32,000 bases of DNA from Pseudomonas aeruginosa. Lineage in GTDB: Bacteria > Pseudomonadota > Gammaproteobacteria > Pseudomonadales > Pseudomonadaceae. Below, piece after piece: positions 21,894 to 32,000 of the stretch. Numbering within the stretch: position 1 is the first letter of the stretch; each line of letters begins with the position of its first letter. The notes beneath the pieces were generated by a model, which saw only the letters and a list, made by a program, of their open reading frames with translations, made no database searches and was not told where the DNA came from. The stretch is taken from positions 5,940,001 to 5,972,000 of the forward strand of contig NZ_LN831024.1 of assembly GCF_001457615.1 (NCBI RefSeq), written 5' to 3'. A program made the position numbers and the translations under genes.

Positions 21894-21969
21894 CTTTCCC
21901 GAGGATACGCGCTCAGCCATGTTGGGCGGACCACCGCGATGCGGCTATTCGCCCTGGCCCCGAACGCTC

Positions 21970-22728
21970 TCAGTCCGGCGAACCCTTGCGCAGCTTCACC
22001 GGCTCTTCGCCGCGCTTGCGCGCCAGGGCCCCGCGCAAGCGGATGTTCAGCGCCTCCACCGCCAGGGAGAAGGCCATGGCGAAGTAGACGTAGCCTTTCG
22101 GCACGTGCACTTCGAAGGACTCGGCCACCAGCACGGTGCCGACCACGATGAGGAACGACAGGGCGAGCATCTTCAGCGAGGGGTGTTTCTCGATGAAGTC
22201 GCTGATGGTGCCTGCCGCCAGCATCATCACGCCGACCGAGATGACGATCGCCGCGACCATCACCGGCACGTTCTGCACCAGACCGACGGCGGTGATCACC
22301 GAGTCCAGGGAGAAGATGATGTCGATGATCGCGATCTGGACGATGATGCCCATGAAGCCGTGGACCTTGCCGCCGCTCTTCTGCTCTTCTTCCGCGCCTT
22401 CCAGGCTGTGGTAGATCTCCATGGTGCTCTTGAACAGCAGGAACAGGCCGCCGAAGAAGAGGATCAGGTCACGCCCGGAGATGCCCTGGCCGAACAGGTG
22501 GAACAGGTCGGTGGTCAGGCGCATGACCCAGGTGATCGAGAGCAACAGCAGGATCCGCGTGCCCATGGCCAGGGCCAGGCCGAAGAAGCGCGCCTTCGGT
22601 TGCTGGGCCGGCGGCAGGCGCCCGACCAGGATCGAGATGAAGATGATGTTGTCGATGCCGAGGACGATTTCCAGGGCGGTCAGGGTCAGGAACGCGACCC
22701 AGATTTCAGGACTGGCGAGCCATTCCAT
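21970..22728 (-). CDS. TerC-family integral membrane protein (metal transport/resistance-like)
   Basis: MEWLASPEIWVAFLTLTALEIVLGIDNIIFISILVGRLPPAQQPKARFFGLALAMGTRILLLLSITWVMRLT...IAIIDIIFSLDSVITAVGLV; TerC signature regions. Confidence 0.95.
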   Translation of the reverse strand: MEWLASPEIWVAFLTLTALEIVLGIDNIIFISILVGRLPPAQQPKARFFGLALAMGTRILLLLSITWVMRLTTDLFHLFGQGISGRDLILFFGGLFLLFKSTMEIYHSLEGAEEEQKSGGKVHGFMGIIVQIAIIDIIFSLDSVITAVGLVQNVPVMVAAIVISVGVMMLAAGTISDFIEKHPSLKMLALSFLIVVGTVLVAESFEVHVPKGYVYFAMAFSLAVEALNIRLRGALARKRGEEPVKLRKGSPD

Positions 22729-22734
22729 AGATGG

Positions 22735-23312
22735 TTATTTCCCGTTTTTTGTTGGAGTTGAAAAACCTGGCCCACGCCAGCGACGCACGGCTTTCTGGAA
22801 GAACAGGCTGTTGGGAACCTGCAGCAGTGGGCCCGGCGAGCCATCCTCGAGGGTTTCTTCCAGTGTCGTATACAAGAGATTGATGGCAACCACGCGTCCG
22901 GTGACGCCCGGTTTGTCGGCGCTATCGATCAGCTCCACGCGGTCACCGATGCGGAACGGCCCGACGGTGAAGATCAGCAACGCACAGAACAGGTTGGAGA
23001 GCACGCTCCAGATGGCGAAGAAGGCTACCGCCGCCACCGCGGCGAAACCGGTCAGCGCGGTCCACAGCACTTCGGCCGACACGCCCAGGCGCTCCAGCAC
23101 CATGATCAGTGCGCTGACCATGATCAGCCAGCGCAGGCCCCCACGCAGCGGCAGGAGCAGCTCCGGCGGCACCGGATAACGCTCGCCGATACGGGTCACC
23201 GTGCGTCGGACCAGGCGCTGTAGCAGCCAGGCGACCAGCAGGATGAGCAGGATCTGCAGCGCCACCACCAGCGGCCCGCTCCAGGTCTGCGTCAACACCT
23301 GCAAGTCTTCCA

Positions 23313-23316
<4 letters not shown>
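22735..23316 (-). CDS. MscS-family mechanosensitive channel-like protein (compact, 193 aa)
   Basis: N-terminal TM segments, then VLWTALTGFAAVAAVAFFAIWSVLSNLFCALLIFTVGPFRIGDRVEL...GVTGRVVAINLLYTTLEETLEDG...LLQVPNSLFFQKAVRRW, matching the MscS pore and beta domain. Confidence 0.9.
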
Positions 23317-25229
<1,913 letters not shown>

Positions 25230-25274
25230 GGCGGCGGAGTTTATCAGTTTCGCCCTTGCGGAGCGTGAGGCTGT

Positions 25275-25754
25275 ATGACTGGAAATGTCTGGAAATTCGC
25301 GGTGGACGTCTATGCCCGGCCGGGCGTGGAAACGGCTTGCCTCGAGCTTCAGGAGCAAGGTGCGGACGTCTGCCTGTTGCTGGTCGCCGCCTGGCTTGGC
25401 AGGCGCGGTGTGAGCTGCTCGAAAGAACGCGCCCAGATCCTGGAGAACGCCGCGCGTCCCTGGCGCGAAACGGTCATCGAACCCCTGCGCAGATTGCGTT
25501 GCGCCTGGCGCGAAGCGGCAACCCACGACGCCTGCCTGGCCGAACTCCGCGAGGAAATGAAGGCCCAGGAACTACGAGCGGAACGGGAACACCTGCAACG
25601 CCTGGCCGACCTGGCCACAGCCTGGCTGGAGGGCCAGGAAGCGAATCGCAGTGCGGATGCCTGGCTGCAAGCCTGCAGCCGGGACATCTGCACGGAAGCA
25701 GAGCGCCGGGCTTTGCTGGTGCTTGGCTCGGCGGCTTTGCAGACAGCGCCTTAG
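25275..25754 (+). CDS. TIGR02444-like conserved protein
   Basis: MTGNVWKFAVDVYARPGVETACLELQEQGADVCLLLVAAWLGRRGVSCSKERAQILENAARPWRETVIEPLRRLR; the N-terminal block resembles the TIGR02444 family from memory. Non-repetitive and reads as a plausible protein. Confidence 0.82.
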   Translation: MTGNVWKFAVDVYARPGVETACLELQEQGADVCLLLVAAWLGRRGVSCSKERAQILENAARPWRETVIEPLRRLRCAWREAATHDACLAELREEMKAQELRAEREHLQRLADLATAWLEGQEANRSADAWLQACSRDICTEAERRALLVLGSAALQTAP

Positions 25755-26860
25755 GAGGCGCTGGTCGGGGCGGCGCCGTTGCTGCCCGCGGCAGGCGTTG
25801 CCGAAGCAGCGCTGGAGGCGGCTGCCGGGGCGCTGGGAGTCGCCGCAGGCTTCGCAGCAGGAGCGGTGGCGGGCTTGGCTGCGACAGGTTTCGCGGCTAC
25901 GGGTTTCGCCGCAGGCTTGGCCGCCGGTTTTGCCGCAGGCTTCGCAGCCGGCTTGGCTGCGGGCTTCGCGGCTGCGGTTTTCGCCGCGGGCTTGGCCGCC
26001 GGTTTCGCCACAGGCTTCGCCGCCGGCTTGGCTGCGGGCTTCGCGGCTGCGGTTTTCGCCGCCGGCTTGGCCGCCGGTTTCGCCACAGGCTTCGCCGCCG
26101 GCTTGGCTGCGGGCTTCGCGGCTGCGGTTTTCGCCGCGGGCTTGGCCGCCGGTTTCGCCACAGGCTTCGCCGCCGGCTTGGCTGCGGGCTTCGCGGCTGC
26201 GGTTTTCGCCGCGGGCTTGGCCGCCGGTTTCGCAGCAGGCTTCGCCACCGGCTTGGCTGCGGGCTTCGCGGCTGCGGTTTTCGCCGCGGGCTTGGCCGCC
26301 GGTTTCGCAGCAGGCTTCGCCGCCGGCTTGGCTGCGGGCTTCGCTGCCGCGGTTTTCGCCACAGGCTTGGCCGCCGGCTTGGCCGCAGGCTTCGCCGCTA
26401 CGGTTTTCACCGCAGGCTTGGCTGCCGCCTTCGCAGCAGGTTTGGTCGCGGGTTTCGCCTTGCGGCTCTCCAGAGCCTTGCCAGCAGCTTCCTTCACCTT
26501 GCCGACACCCTGCGCCAGCTTGAGGCTTTCCTGTACGTCACGCTTGAGGCCGACGATGTAGGTACGGGTGTCCGCCTGCCGGGCCTTCAGGGTATCCAAC
26601 GCCTCTTCCAGGTCGCTGATGGTCTCGCGCGCCTTGGCCTGTGCCTTGGTCTTGCCGGCCTTGGCAGCATCCTGCAGCTTGGTGCGAGCCTTGTGCAGTT
26701 TTTCCTGGGCTTTGCCACGTTGCTTTTCAAGTTTGGCCAGGAGCTTTTCCGAATCGACCAGCGCTTGTTTGCACGCACCTTCCAGGTGCTCGACAAGGCT
26801 GTGGGAAAGTTGCTGCAACAGGTGCAAGGGGGTGGTGACGGGCTTCTTGTTGGCCGACAT
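25751..26860 (-). CDS. algP: Alginate regulatory protein AlgP (AlgR3), histone H1-like Lys/Pro/Ala-rich C-terminus
   Basis: MSANKKPVTTPLHLLQQLSHSLVEHLEGACKQALVDSEKLLAKLEKQRGKAQEKLHKARTKLQDAAKAGKTKAQAKARETISDLEEALDTLKARQADTRTYIVGLKRDVQESLKLAQGVGKVKEAAGKALESRKAKPATKPAAKAAAKPAVKTVAAKPAAKPAAKPVAKT...; hallmark KPAA repeats next to algQ. Confidence 0.97.
   Translation of the reverse strand: MSANKKPVTTPLHLLQQLSHSLVEHLEGACKQALVDSEKLLAKLEKQRGKAQEKLHKARTKLQDAAKAGKTKAQAKARETISDLEEALDTLKARQADTRTYIVGLKRDVQESLKLAQGVGKVKEAAGKALESRKAKPATKPAAKAAAKPAVKTVAAKPAAKPAAKPVAKTAAAKPAAKPAAKPAAKPAAKPAAKTAAAKPAAKPVAKPAAKPAAKPAAKTAAAKPAAKPAAKPVAKPAAKPAAKTAAAKPAAKPAAKPVAKPAAKPAAKTAAAKPAAKPAAKPVAKPAAKPAAKTAAAKPAAKPAAKPAAKPAAKPAAKPVAAKPVAAKPATAPAAKPAATPSAPAAASSAASATPAAGSNGAAPTSAS
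25951..26400 (-). repeat. 75-bp in-frame tandem repeat array inside algP, about six units, encoding AKTAAAKPAAKPAAKPVAKPAAKPA-type 25-aa units
   Basis: On the + strand, GCTTGGCTGCGGGCTTCG begins at 25951, 26026, 26101, 26176 and 26251, with a slightly diverged copy at 26326, exactly 75 nt apart. Shorter GCCGGCTTGG/GGTTTCGCC sub-repeats are nested within each unit. Confidence 0.95.
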
Positions 26861-26985
26861 GACGTGCCTCCAGGCGGACGTGGTTGCGCCCATACTAGAC
26901 CCGCACACCCCCTCTCGCCAACGGGTTCGATGTGCTACAAGCGACGTGCGCCAGGATTGCCCGCCGATTCGTTTGGAGAAACCGC

Positions 26986-27615
26986 ATGCCGCGCCGCCTT
27001 TTCATCGGTCTTTTTCTACTGCCGCTGCCGCTTTTCGCCGCGCCTCCCAAGGACGAACTGGCCTATGCCGTAGGCGCCCGCCTGGGCATGCGCCTACAGC
27101 AGGAAATGCCCGGCCTAGAGCTATCCGAGCTACTTCTCGGACTGCGCCAGGCCTATCGCGGCGAGGCACTTGAAATCCCCCCCGAACGCATCGAACAACT
27201 TCTGCTGCAACACGAGAACGCCACGACGGAAACACCGCGGACCACACCCGCCGAGGCCCGCTTCCTGGCCAACGAAAAAGCCCGCTTCGGCGTCCGCGAA
27301 TTGACCGGCGGCGTCCTCGTCAGCGAATTACGTCGTGGCCAAGGTAACGGCATCGGCGCGGCAACCCAGGTACACGTCCGTTACCGCGGCCTGCTTGCCG
27401 ACGGTCAAGTGTTCGACCAGAGCGAAAGCGCCGAGTGGTTCGCCCTGGACAGTGTGATAGAGGGATGGCGCACAGCGTTGCGAGCGATGCCTGTCGGCGC
27501 GCGCTGGCGAGTGGTGATTCCTTCGGCGCAAGCCTATGGTCACGAAGGCGCTGGCGACCTGATCCCGCCCGACGCTCCGCTGGTCTTCGAGATCGACCTG
27601 CTGGGCTTCCGCTGA
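26986..27615 (+). CDS. FKBP-type peptidyl-prolyl cis-trans isomerase, exported
   Basis: MPRRLFIGLFLLPLPLFAAPPKDELAYAVGARLGMRLQQEMPG... (signal peptide and FKBP N-terminal domain), then QVHVRYRGLLADGQVFDQS...VIEGWRTALRAMPVGARWRVVIPSAQAYGHEGAG...IPPDAPLVFEIDLLGFR. GGAG RBS upstream. Confidence 0.95.
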   Translation: MPRRLFIGLFLLPLPLFAAPPKDELAYAVGARLGMRLQQEMPGLELSELLLGLRQAYRGEALEIPPERIEQLLLQHENATTETPRTTPAEARFLANEKARFGVRELTGGVLVSELRRGQGNGIGAATQVHVRYRGLLADGQVFDQSESAEWFALDSVIEGWRTALRAMPVGARWRVVIPSAQAYGHEGAGDLIPPDAPLVFEIDLLGFR

Positions 27616-27621
27616 AATGCA

Positions 27622-27656
27622 AAAACGGCGCTCTCCCGCATGGAGACGCGCCGTTT
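27622..27656. terminator. Terminator-like hairpin shared between the convergent FKBP gene and algQ
   Basis: AAACGGCG-CTCTCC ... GGAGA-CGCGCCGTTT, an imperfect long stem, A/U-rich on both sides. It follows the FKBP stop at 27615 and the algQ stop at 27677. Confidence 0.78.
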
Positions 27657-27676
27657 CGTAACGACTCGCCGGTGAA

Positions 27677-28159
27677 TCAGACCGGTACTGCCGAACCCTC
27701 TGCGCCGCTCTGGCTGTGGGCGTTGTGCAGGACTTCGATGAGGCAGTCCTCCAGCTCGAAGCGTTCGTGCAACTGTTGCCGCAGGACCTTCAGCTCCGCG
27801 ATGAGGCAGGCTCCTTCACGGCAATCGCCGTTGTCGCAGCGGTCGTTGAAGTTCAGCGCGGATTCGGTGATGGCTTCCAGCCGGGGGAAGATCTGCTTGG
27901 CCAGCTCCAGGCCGCGCTGATCGCCGAAGGCCTTGCCTTCCGCCGTCAGTTGCTCGTAGACCTCGAAGTGTCCGGCAGATACGTAGTCCAGCAGCAATTG
28001 GCAGAAATGCTGGAGTTCTTCGGCGTTGGGCGCCGGTGCCTGAATACCGCTCAGGGCATCGAAGGCCTGCACCAGTTGCTGGCGCTCATGCAGCCAGCGA
28101 TCGATCAGTTGGTGCACGCCCCCCCACCGCTCTTGGGCATTACGGCAGCTTTCGAGCAT
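27677..28159 (-). CDS. algQ: Alginate regulatory protein AlgQ (AlgR2), Rsd/anti-sigma70 family
   Basis: [75 protein letters not shown]; 160 aa, Rsd-like, adjacent to algP, dsbH and hemY. Confidence 0.96.
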
Positions 28160-28428
28160 GTTGTCCTCGCTTCCCTCTTCGGACGTCCCGGAGAATCATC
28201 GTCCGCTCCGAGACGCATTGCTGACGCACTCTCTGCGCTCTGTGGGAGAACGCCTGTGCAAGGGGCGGACTCCGGCGCTACGGAAAGCCAGATTATGCCC
28301 CCCGGATGACCCCATCAAGACGCCCGTACAGAAAAATTCATACGGATGTTTGATCGGTATCCCGCATCCGCTCTGGTTTTCGCCAAATCGATACGGCCGA
28401 CGCTCGAGAGCTGACGAAAGACCACGCA

Positions 28429-28920
28429 TCAGGCGCGTCGGAGGAACTGCACGATGGAGAAGCCGAGATAGGCAACGAACGCCAGCAGGCTCCATTCCGG
28501 AATGCTCAGGGTGAATAGCGTCCAGCTCACCTGGGCACAATCCGCGGTGCCATGCAGGACCAGGCGGATCACTTCCTGGAAGGGAAGCGCCTGCATCATG
28601 TAGTCGAGGCTGGGCAGGCAGGCCGGCAGTTGGTCCAGCGGAACGGTCTGCAACCATACCTGGCGGGCGGCCGTGGCCCCGCCGCCGAGAGCGAGCAGGA
28701 ACACCAGCACGGAGTAGATACGCCGCCCACGCAGGCCGGGCCCCTGGATCGCGCCAGCAAGGCAGGTCAGGCCGATCAGGATGAAGAAGATCCGCTGCAC
28801 GACGCACAGCGGGCAGGCCTCCAGGCCAACCACATGTTCCAGGTACAGCGCCCCGCCCATGATGGCGACGCAGGCCAGGAACGCGAGAAGGAAAAGCTGA
28901 CGGGGGCTGGCCAGGGGCAT
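28429..28920 (-). CDS. dsbH: Disulfide bond formation protein, DsbB family (DsbH)
   Basis: MPLASPRQLFLLAFLACVAIMGGALYLEHVVGLEACPLCVVQRIFFILIGLTCLAGAI; CPLC active site, four TMs, later cysteines LPAC and ADC. Confidence 0.93.
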   Translation of the reverse strand: MPLASPRQLFLLAFLACVAIMGGALYLEHVVGLEACPLCVVQRIFFILIGLTCLAGAIQGPGLRGRRIYSVLVFLLALGGGATAARQVWLQTVPLDQLPACLPSLDYMMQALPFQEVIRLVLHGTADCAQVSWTLFTLSIPEWSLLAFVAYLGFSIVQFLRRA

Positions 28921-29099
28921 GGCGGATCCACAGGTACACAGGGGAAAGGCCGCCTACGGTAGTGGAAAGCCTCCGGCAGTTTCAAGCCGCAAGGCAGCTC
29001 TGCGGCAAGGCATCCCGAATCATGCCGGGCACCCGCGACAAGCCGCCACAGTCCTGCCGATGGAGCCGAACGGGGAACGCCACCCGGCGTTCCCCATGC

Positions 29100-30338
29100 T
29101 CAAATGCCCGCCACCACCACGGGCAGCCCCGGAGTACGCCGATCGAGCAGGACCAGGCCCTCCTGGAACAACTGGTTGCTGCGCTCGACCTCGCCGAGCT
29201 GCGCCAGCAGGCGTCCCAGCTCGGCGCAGGTTTCGGCACTGCGCTGGAAGCTCAGGCTGGCCTCCAGGTATTCCCGGGCCTTGCCCCAGAGCTTGTTGAT
29301 CAGGCACAGGCGCCCCAGGGTCAGCAGCAGGCCGGGATCGTTCGGGTGTTCCTTGAGCCAACCTTCCGCGGCCTGCAATTGCTTGCCCGGATCGCGCCCG
29401 CGCACCTGCCCGTAGAGTTGCACCAGGGTCGCGTCGAAGCCTTGCTTGAGCGCATGGCGGAGGACTTCTTCAGCCTCTTCCTCGGCGCCCAGGCGAAGCA
29501 GTTGGGCGGCATAGCCCGCGACGATCGCCGGGTCTGCACGCAGCGCCGAAGGCACGTTCTGCCAGCGCTGGGTCAGCGGCTGCAACGCCGTTTCGCCCTC
29601 GTTCAGTCCACGCTCGCCGGCTTCCTGCAAGGAAGCCACCCAGGCACGGCGTTCGAGGTCGCGCAGTTCGGAATCCTTCAGCACACGCTCCTTGCGCAGC
29701 TCCGGCAGCAGGACGCAAAGGGCCTGCCAGTCGTGCTGGGTGACGTACAGCTGCTGCATCAGCCGCAATACCGTGCGGTGCTGCGGCTGGAGCCCGTGCA
29801 GCTCTTCGAGGGTATTGCGTGCCTGCGGGTAGTCGCCGCGATTGATCAGCAGTTGCGCACGGGTCAGGCCGACCAGCAATTGGGCATCCGGCTCGCGCTC
29901 GCGAGCCCGGTTCAGCAGGTCGTCGGCCTCGTCGTAGCGCTCGAGTTCGTTGGCGGCCCGCGCCGCGCCGAGGTAATGCATCAGCGGCCGCTCGCCCATC
30001 TCCGCAGCCCGCCGCAAATGACGCAGCGCCTGCGGCCAGTTGCCTTCGCCGAGATCGCGCAGGCCGCTGTGCTCGGCCATCTGCACGCGACGCCGGCGGT
30101 TGTAGCGCGACCAGGGGTTGACCACCCGCCCCGAGCTGCCGAGCAGGCGCAGGACCAGGCGCACCAGCACCACCAGCAGCCAGACCACCGCCAGCAGGGC
30201 GAGGAACGACCACAGGCTGGATTCGTAACGGAAGCTCTTGTAGGCGATCAGCACATAGCCGGCCTGCTCGGAGATCGCCAGCCCAACCAGCGTGGCGACC
30301 AGCACCACCGCCAGAACCAGGAGGTAGATGCGTCTCAT
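29100..30338 (-). CDS. hemY: HemY (heme biosynthesis-associated TPR membrane protein)
   Basis: MRRIYLLVLAVVLVATLVGLAISEQAGYVLIAYKSFRYESSLWSFLALLAVVWLLVVLVRLVLRLLGSSGRVVNPWSRYNRRRRV...; HemY N-terminus followed by TPR-like helices. Confidence 0.95.
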   Translation of the reverse strand: MRRIYLLVLAVVLVATLVGLAISEQAGYVLIAYKSFRYESSLWSFLALLAVVWLLVVLVRLVLRLLGSSGRVVNPWSRYNRRRRVQMAEHSGLRDLGEGNWPQALRHLRRAAEMGERPLMHYLGAARAANELERYDEADDLLNRAREREPDAQLLVGLTRAQLLINRGDYPQARNTLEELHGLQPQHRTVLRLMQQLYVTQHDWQALCVLLPELRKERVLKDSELRDLERRAWVASLQEAGERGLNEGETALQPLTQRWQNVPSALRADPAIVAGYAAQLLRLGAEEEAEEVLRHALKQGFDATLVQLYGQVRGRDPGKQLQAAEGWLKEHPNDPGLLLTLGRLCLINKLWGKAREYLEASLSFQRSAETCAELGRLLAQLGEVERSNQLFQEGLVLLDRRTPGLPVVVAGI

Positions 30339-31465
30339 GGACGGCCCTCCGTGGCCGGAGCCGCCTGCGCCTCGGGCACCAGGTTGCCGGCGGCCTCGCG
30401 GCGCGACACGTAGGACTGCAAGGCGCTCAGGGCCGGTGCGAGGTCAGGGACCTGCACGGTGACCGGCTGCTTCGCCAACTCATCGATACGCAACTTCAAC
30501 GCGCGGCTGTCGGCCAGCTCTACGTTGAAATAGCCGTCCAGCACGTCCTGGGCCTGCTTCAGCGCCTGCTCGTAGACTTCCTGCTTGCCATTCAGCGCCG
30601 CCCACTGGGCTTGCTCCAGGGCCAGGCCGATGGTCAGGCGCACCTGCGCCAATTGCTCGCCGGCCAGCAGCGGACGAATGTCCTGGCCGGCATTGAAGTC
30701 GATGCGGATGTAGCGCGAGATCTTCTCCCACCACAGCTCCCAGGTGCTGTTGCCGTCGCCCCAGGCGACATTGCTGGCACCGCTTTCGCCTTCCTTGAAG
30801 GTCGGCGTGAGCGGTTGCAACTGGTTGACCTGCTCGCGCAACGCCGCCAGTTGCACGAACAGCCCGGTACGGTCCGGCTCCGGCAACGCACGCAGGGCCT
30901 CGAGGCTGGCCGCCAGCTTGGCGCGGGCGGCATAGGCGCCGGGATCGTTCTGCGCGCGCAGGATGTCATCAGCGCCCTGCACCAGTTCGGTGGCGCTGCC
31001 CACGTCCTGCAAGGCGGACAGGCGCAGGCTGGCCAGGCGCAGCAGGTGTTCGGCCTCGGCCAGTCGCCATTGCTGGCGGCTCTGGCCGAGGACCTTCTTC
31101 AGTTGCTCGCTGAGATGCTGCTGGTCGCCCTGCAGCTCCACCACAAGGCGTCGCCGGGCCTCCAGTTCGTCCGCGGTAGGCAAAGCGTCCAGGCGGGCAG
31201 CCAGTTGCTGGTTACGCTGGGCCAGGGATTCGGTCTTGCCACGGGCATCTTCCAGCTGCGCCAGTTGGTCGCGCTCGGTGCCCTGCAACTGCTGGACCTG
31301 CCAGAAGCTCCAGCCACCCGCGCCGAGTCCCGCCACGCCAACCAGCAGGGCGAGCAACGCCAGGCCGGTGGCGGTACCGGAACGCCTGGATGCATCGGGT
31401 GCAACGGGAGAAGGGGTGGAAGTGGAAGTTCTTGCGTCGTCTTGGGGAGTGACTGCTTCGCTCAC
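30335..31465 (-). CDS. hemX: HemX (putative uroporphyrinogen-III methyltransferase-like membrane protein)
   Basis: Pro/Ser/Thr-rich N-terminus, one TM (GTATGLALLALLVGVAGLGAGGWSFWQVQQLQ), coiled coil, then WELWWEKISRYIRIDFNAGQDIRPLLAGEQ. 4-nt overlap with hemY. Confidence 0.94.
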   Translation of the reverse strand: MSEAVTPQDDARTSTSTPSPVAPDASRRSGTATGLALLALLVGVAGLGAGGWSFWQVQQLQGTERDQLAQLEDARGKTESLAQRNQQLAARLDALPTADELEARRRLVVELQGDQQHLSEQLKKVLGQSRQQWRLAEAEHLLRLASLRLSALQDVGSATELVQGADDILRAQNDPGAYAARAKLAASLEALRALPEPDRTGLFVQLAALREQVNQLQPLTPTFKEGESGASNVAWGDGNSTWELWWEKISRYIRIDFNAGQDIRPLLAGEQLAQVRLTIGLALEQAQWAALNGKQEVYEQALKQAQDVLDGYFNVELADSRALKLRIDELAKQPVTVQVPDLAPALSALQSYVSRREAAGNLVPEAQAAPATEGRP

Positions 31466-31491
31466 AGGTCCATCCTTTGGTCAAGAAAGTT

Positions 31492-32000
31492 CTAGGCGGC
31501 GCTCGTCAGGGCCGCCAGCAAGGCCGGCGCGCTCGCGCCCCGGCAATCAATCACCCGTTGCGCACCCAGTTCGCGCGCCATCTCGGCGACCCGCGGGCTG
31601 GGTACGAACAGCGGCAACCGGCCTATCTCGGGCCAATCGGCTGCCGCCAACTGATACAGATTTTGCAAACCCTGTCCACTGCTGACCACCAGGCCGTTCA
31701 GGCGTTCCGCCCGCACCCTTGCCAGCAGCTCTCCGGCCGGATAGTCCGGAGCCCGGCGCCGGTAGAGTGGCAGGTAGTCCACCTGCACGCCTTGGCCGCG
31801 CAGGCGCTCGGCGAGGAATTCTCGGCCACCTTCGCCGCGCATGATCAGCACTTTCGGATCGTGCACGCGCAGGGAATCCTGGAACGCCGGCAGCGCCAGC
31901 AACGCTTCGCTGTCGTCGCCCTGTTCAGGGTAGGTTACGTCGAGGCCGTAGGCCTCGAGGATCGCCGCGGTCGCCGCGCCGACGCTGCACCAGGTCTGCT
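31492..32000 (-). CDS. hemD: Uroporphyrinogen-III synthase, C-terminal part (truncated by the right window edge)
   Basis: ...CSVGAATAAILEAYGLDVTYPEQGDDSEALLALPAFQDSLRVHDPKVLIMRGEGGREFLAERLRGQGVQVDYLPLYRRRAPDYPAGELL...VVSSGQGLQNLYQLA; HemD fold motifs. Directly upstream of hemX. Confidence 0.93.
   Translation of the reverse strand, partial: QTWCSVGAATAAILEAYGLDVTYPEQGDDSEALLALPAFQDSLRVHDPKVLIMRGEGGREFLAERLRGQGVQVDYLPLYRRRAPDYPAGELLARVRAERLNGLVVSSGQGLQNLYQLAAADWPEIGRLPLFVPSPRVAEMARELGAQRVIDCRGASAPALLAALTSAA

Noticed and set aside
25951-26400. Regularly spaced repeats considered as a possible CRISPR array
   Set aside because: The units are contiguous 75-bp coding repeats with no variable spacers, in frame with algP, and there are no cas genes nearby.
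25256-27073. Repetitive 605-aa plus-strand ORF (GCGLRGCGFRRRLGRRF...) and the nested 25779..26561 ORF (AGLAAGFAA...)
   Set aside because: These are antisense or shifted readings of the algP 75-bp repeat array. The conserved AlgP N-terminus on the minus strand establishes the real frame.

Overview
This 32 kb, high-GC window looks like core chromosome of Pseudomonas aeruginosa or a very close relative. The call rests on recognised proteins and gene order: hemD-hemX-hemY-dsbH-algQ, an FKBP gene, algP, and then ppk/ppx, trxA, rho, ubiD and glpT. I find no prophage, integrase, transposase, CRISPR array, toxin-antitoxin pair, restriction or defence island, tRNA or rRNA. I support 26 coding regions, two of them cut by the window edges, plus several intrinsic terminators or hairpins and one prominent coding tandem repeat. 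Most long extra ORFs in the supplied track lie antisense to, or in a shifted frame of, conserved genes and are GC-driven artefacts. I see no convincing previously undescribed system. The items most worth a second look are: the 75-bp in-frame repeat array in algP; the pyrimidine-rich rho leader with no obvious Shine-Dalgarno; an acyltransferase gene starting just past the rho terminator; tail-to-tail overlapping gene pairs (ppx/ppk, thioesterase/YaiI-like, TIGR02444-like/algP); a FliL-like exported protein with no flagellar neighbours; a cytochrome c-FTR1 fusion; and an AT-rich GlpR-operator-like palindrome upstream of glpT.
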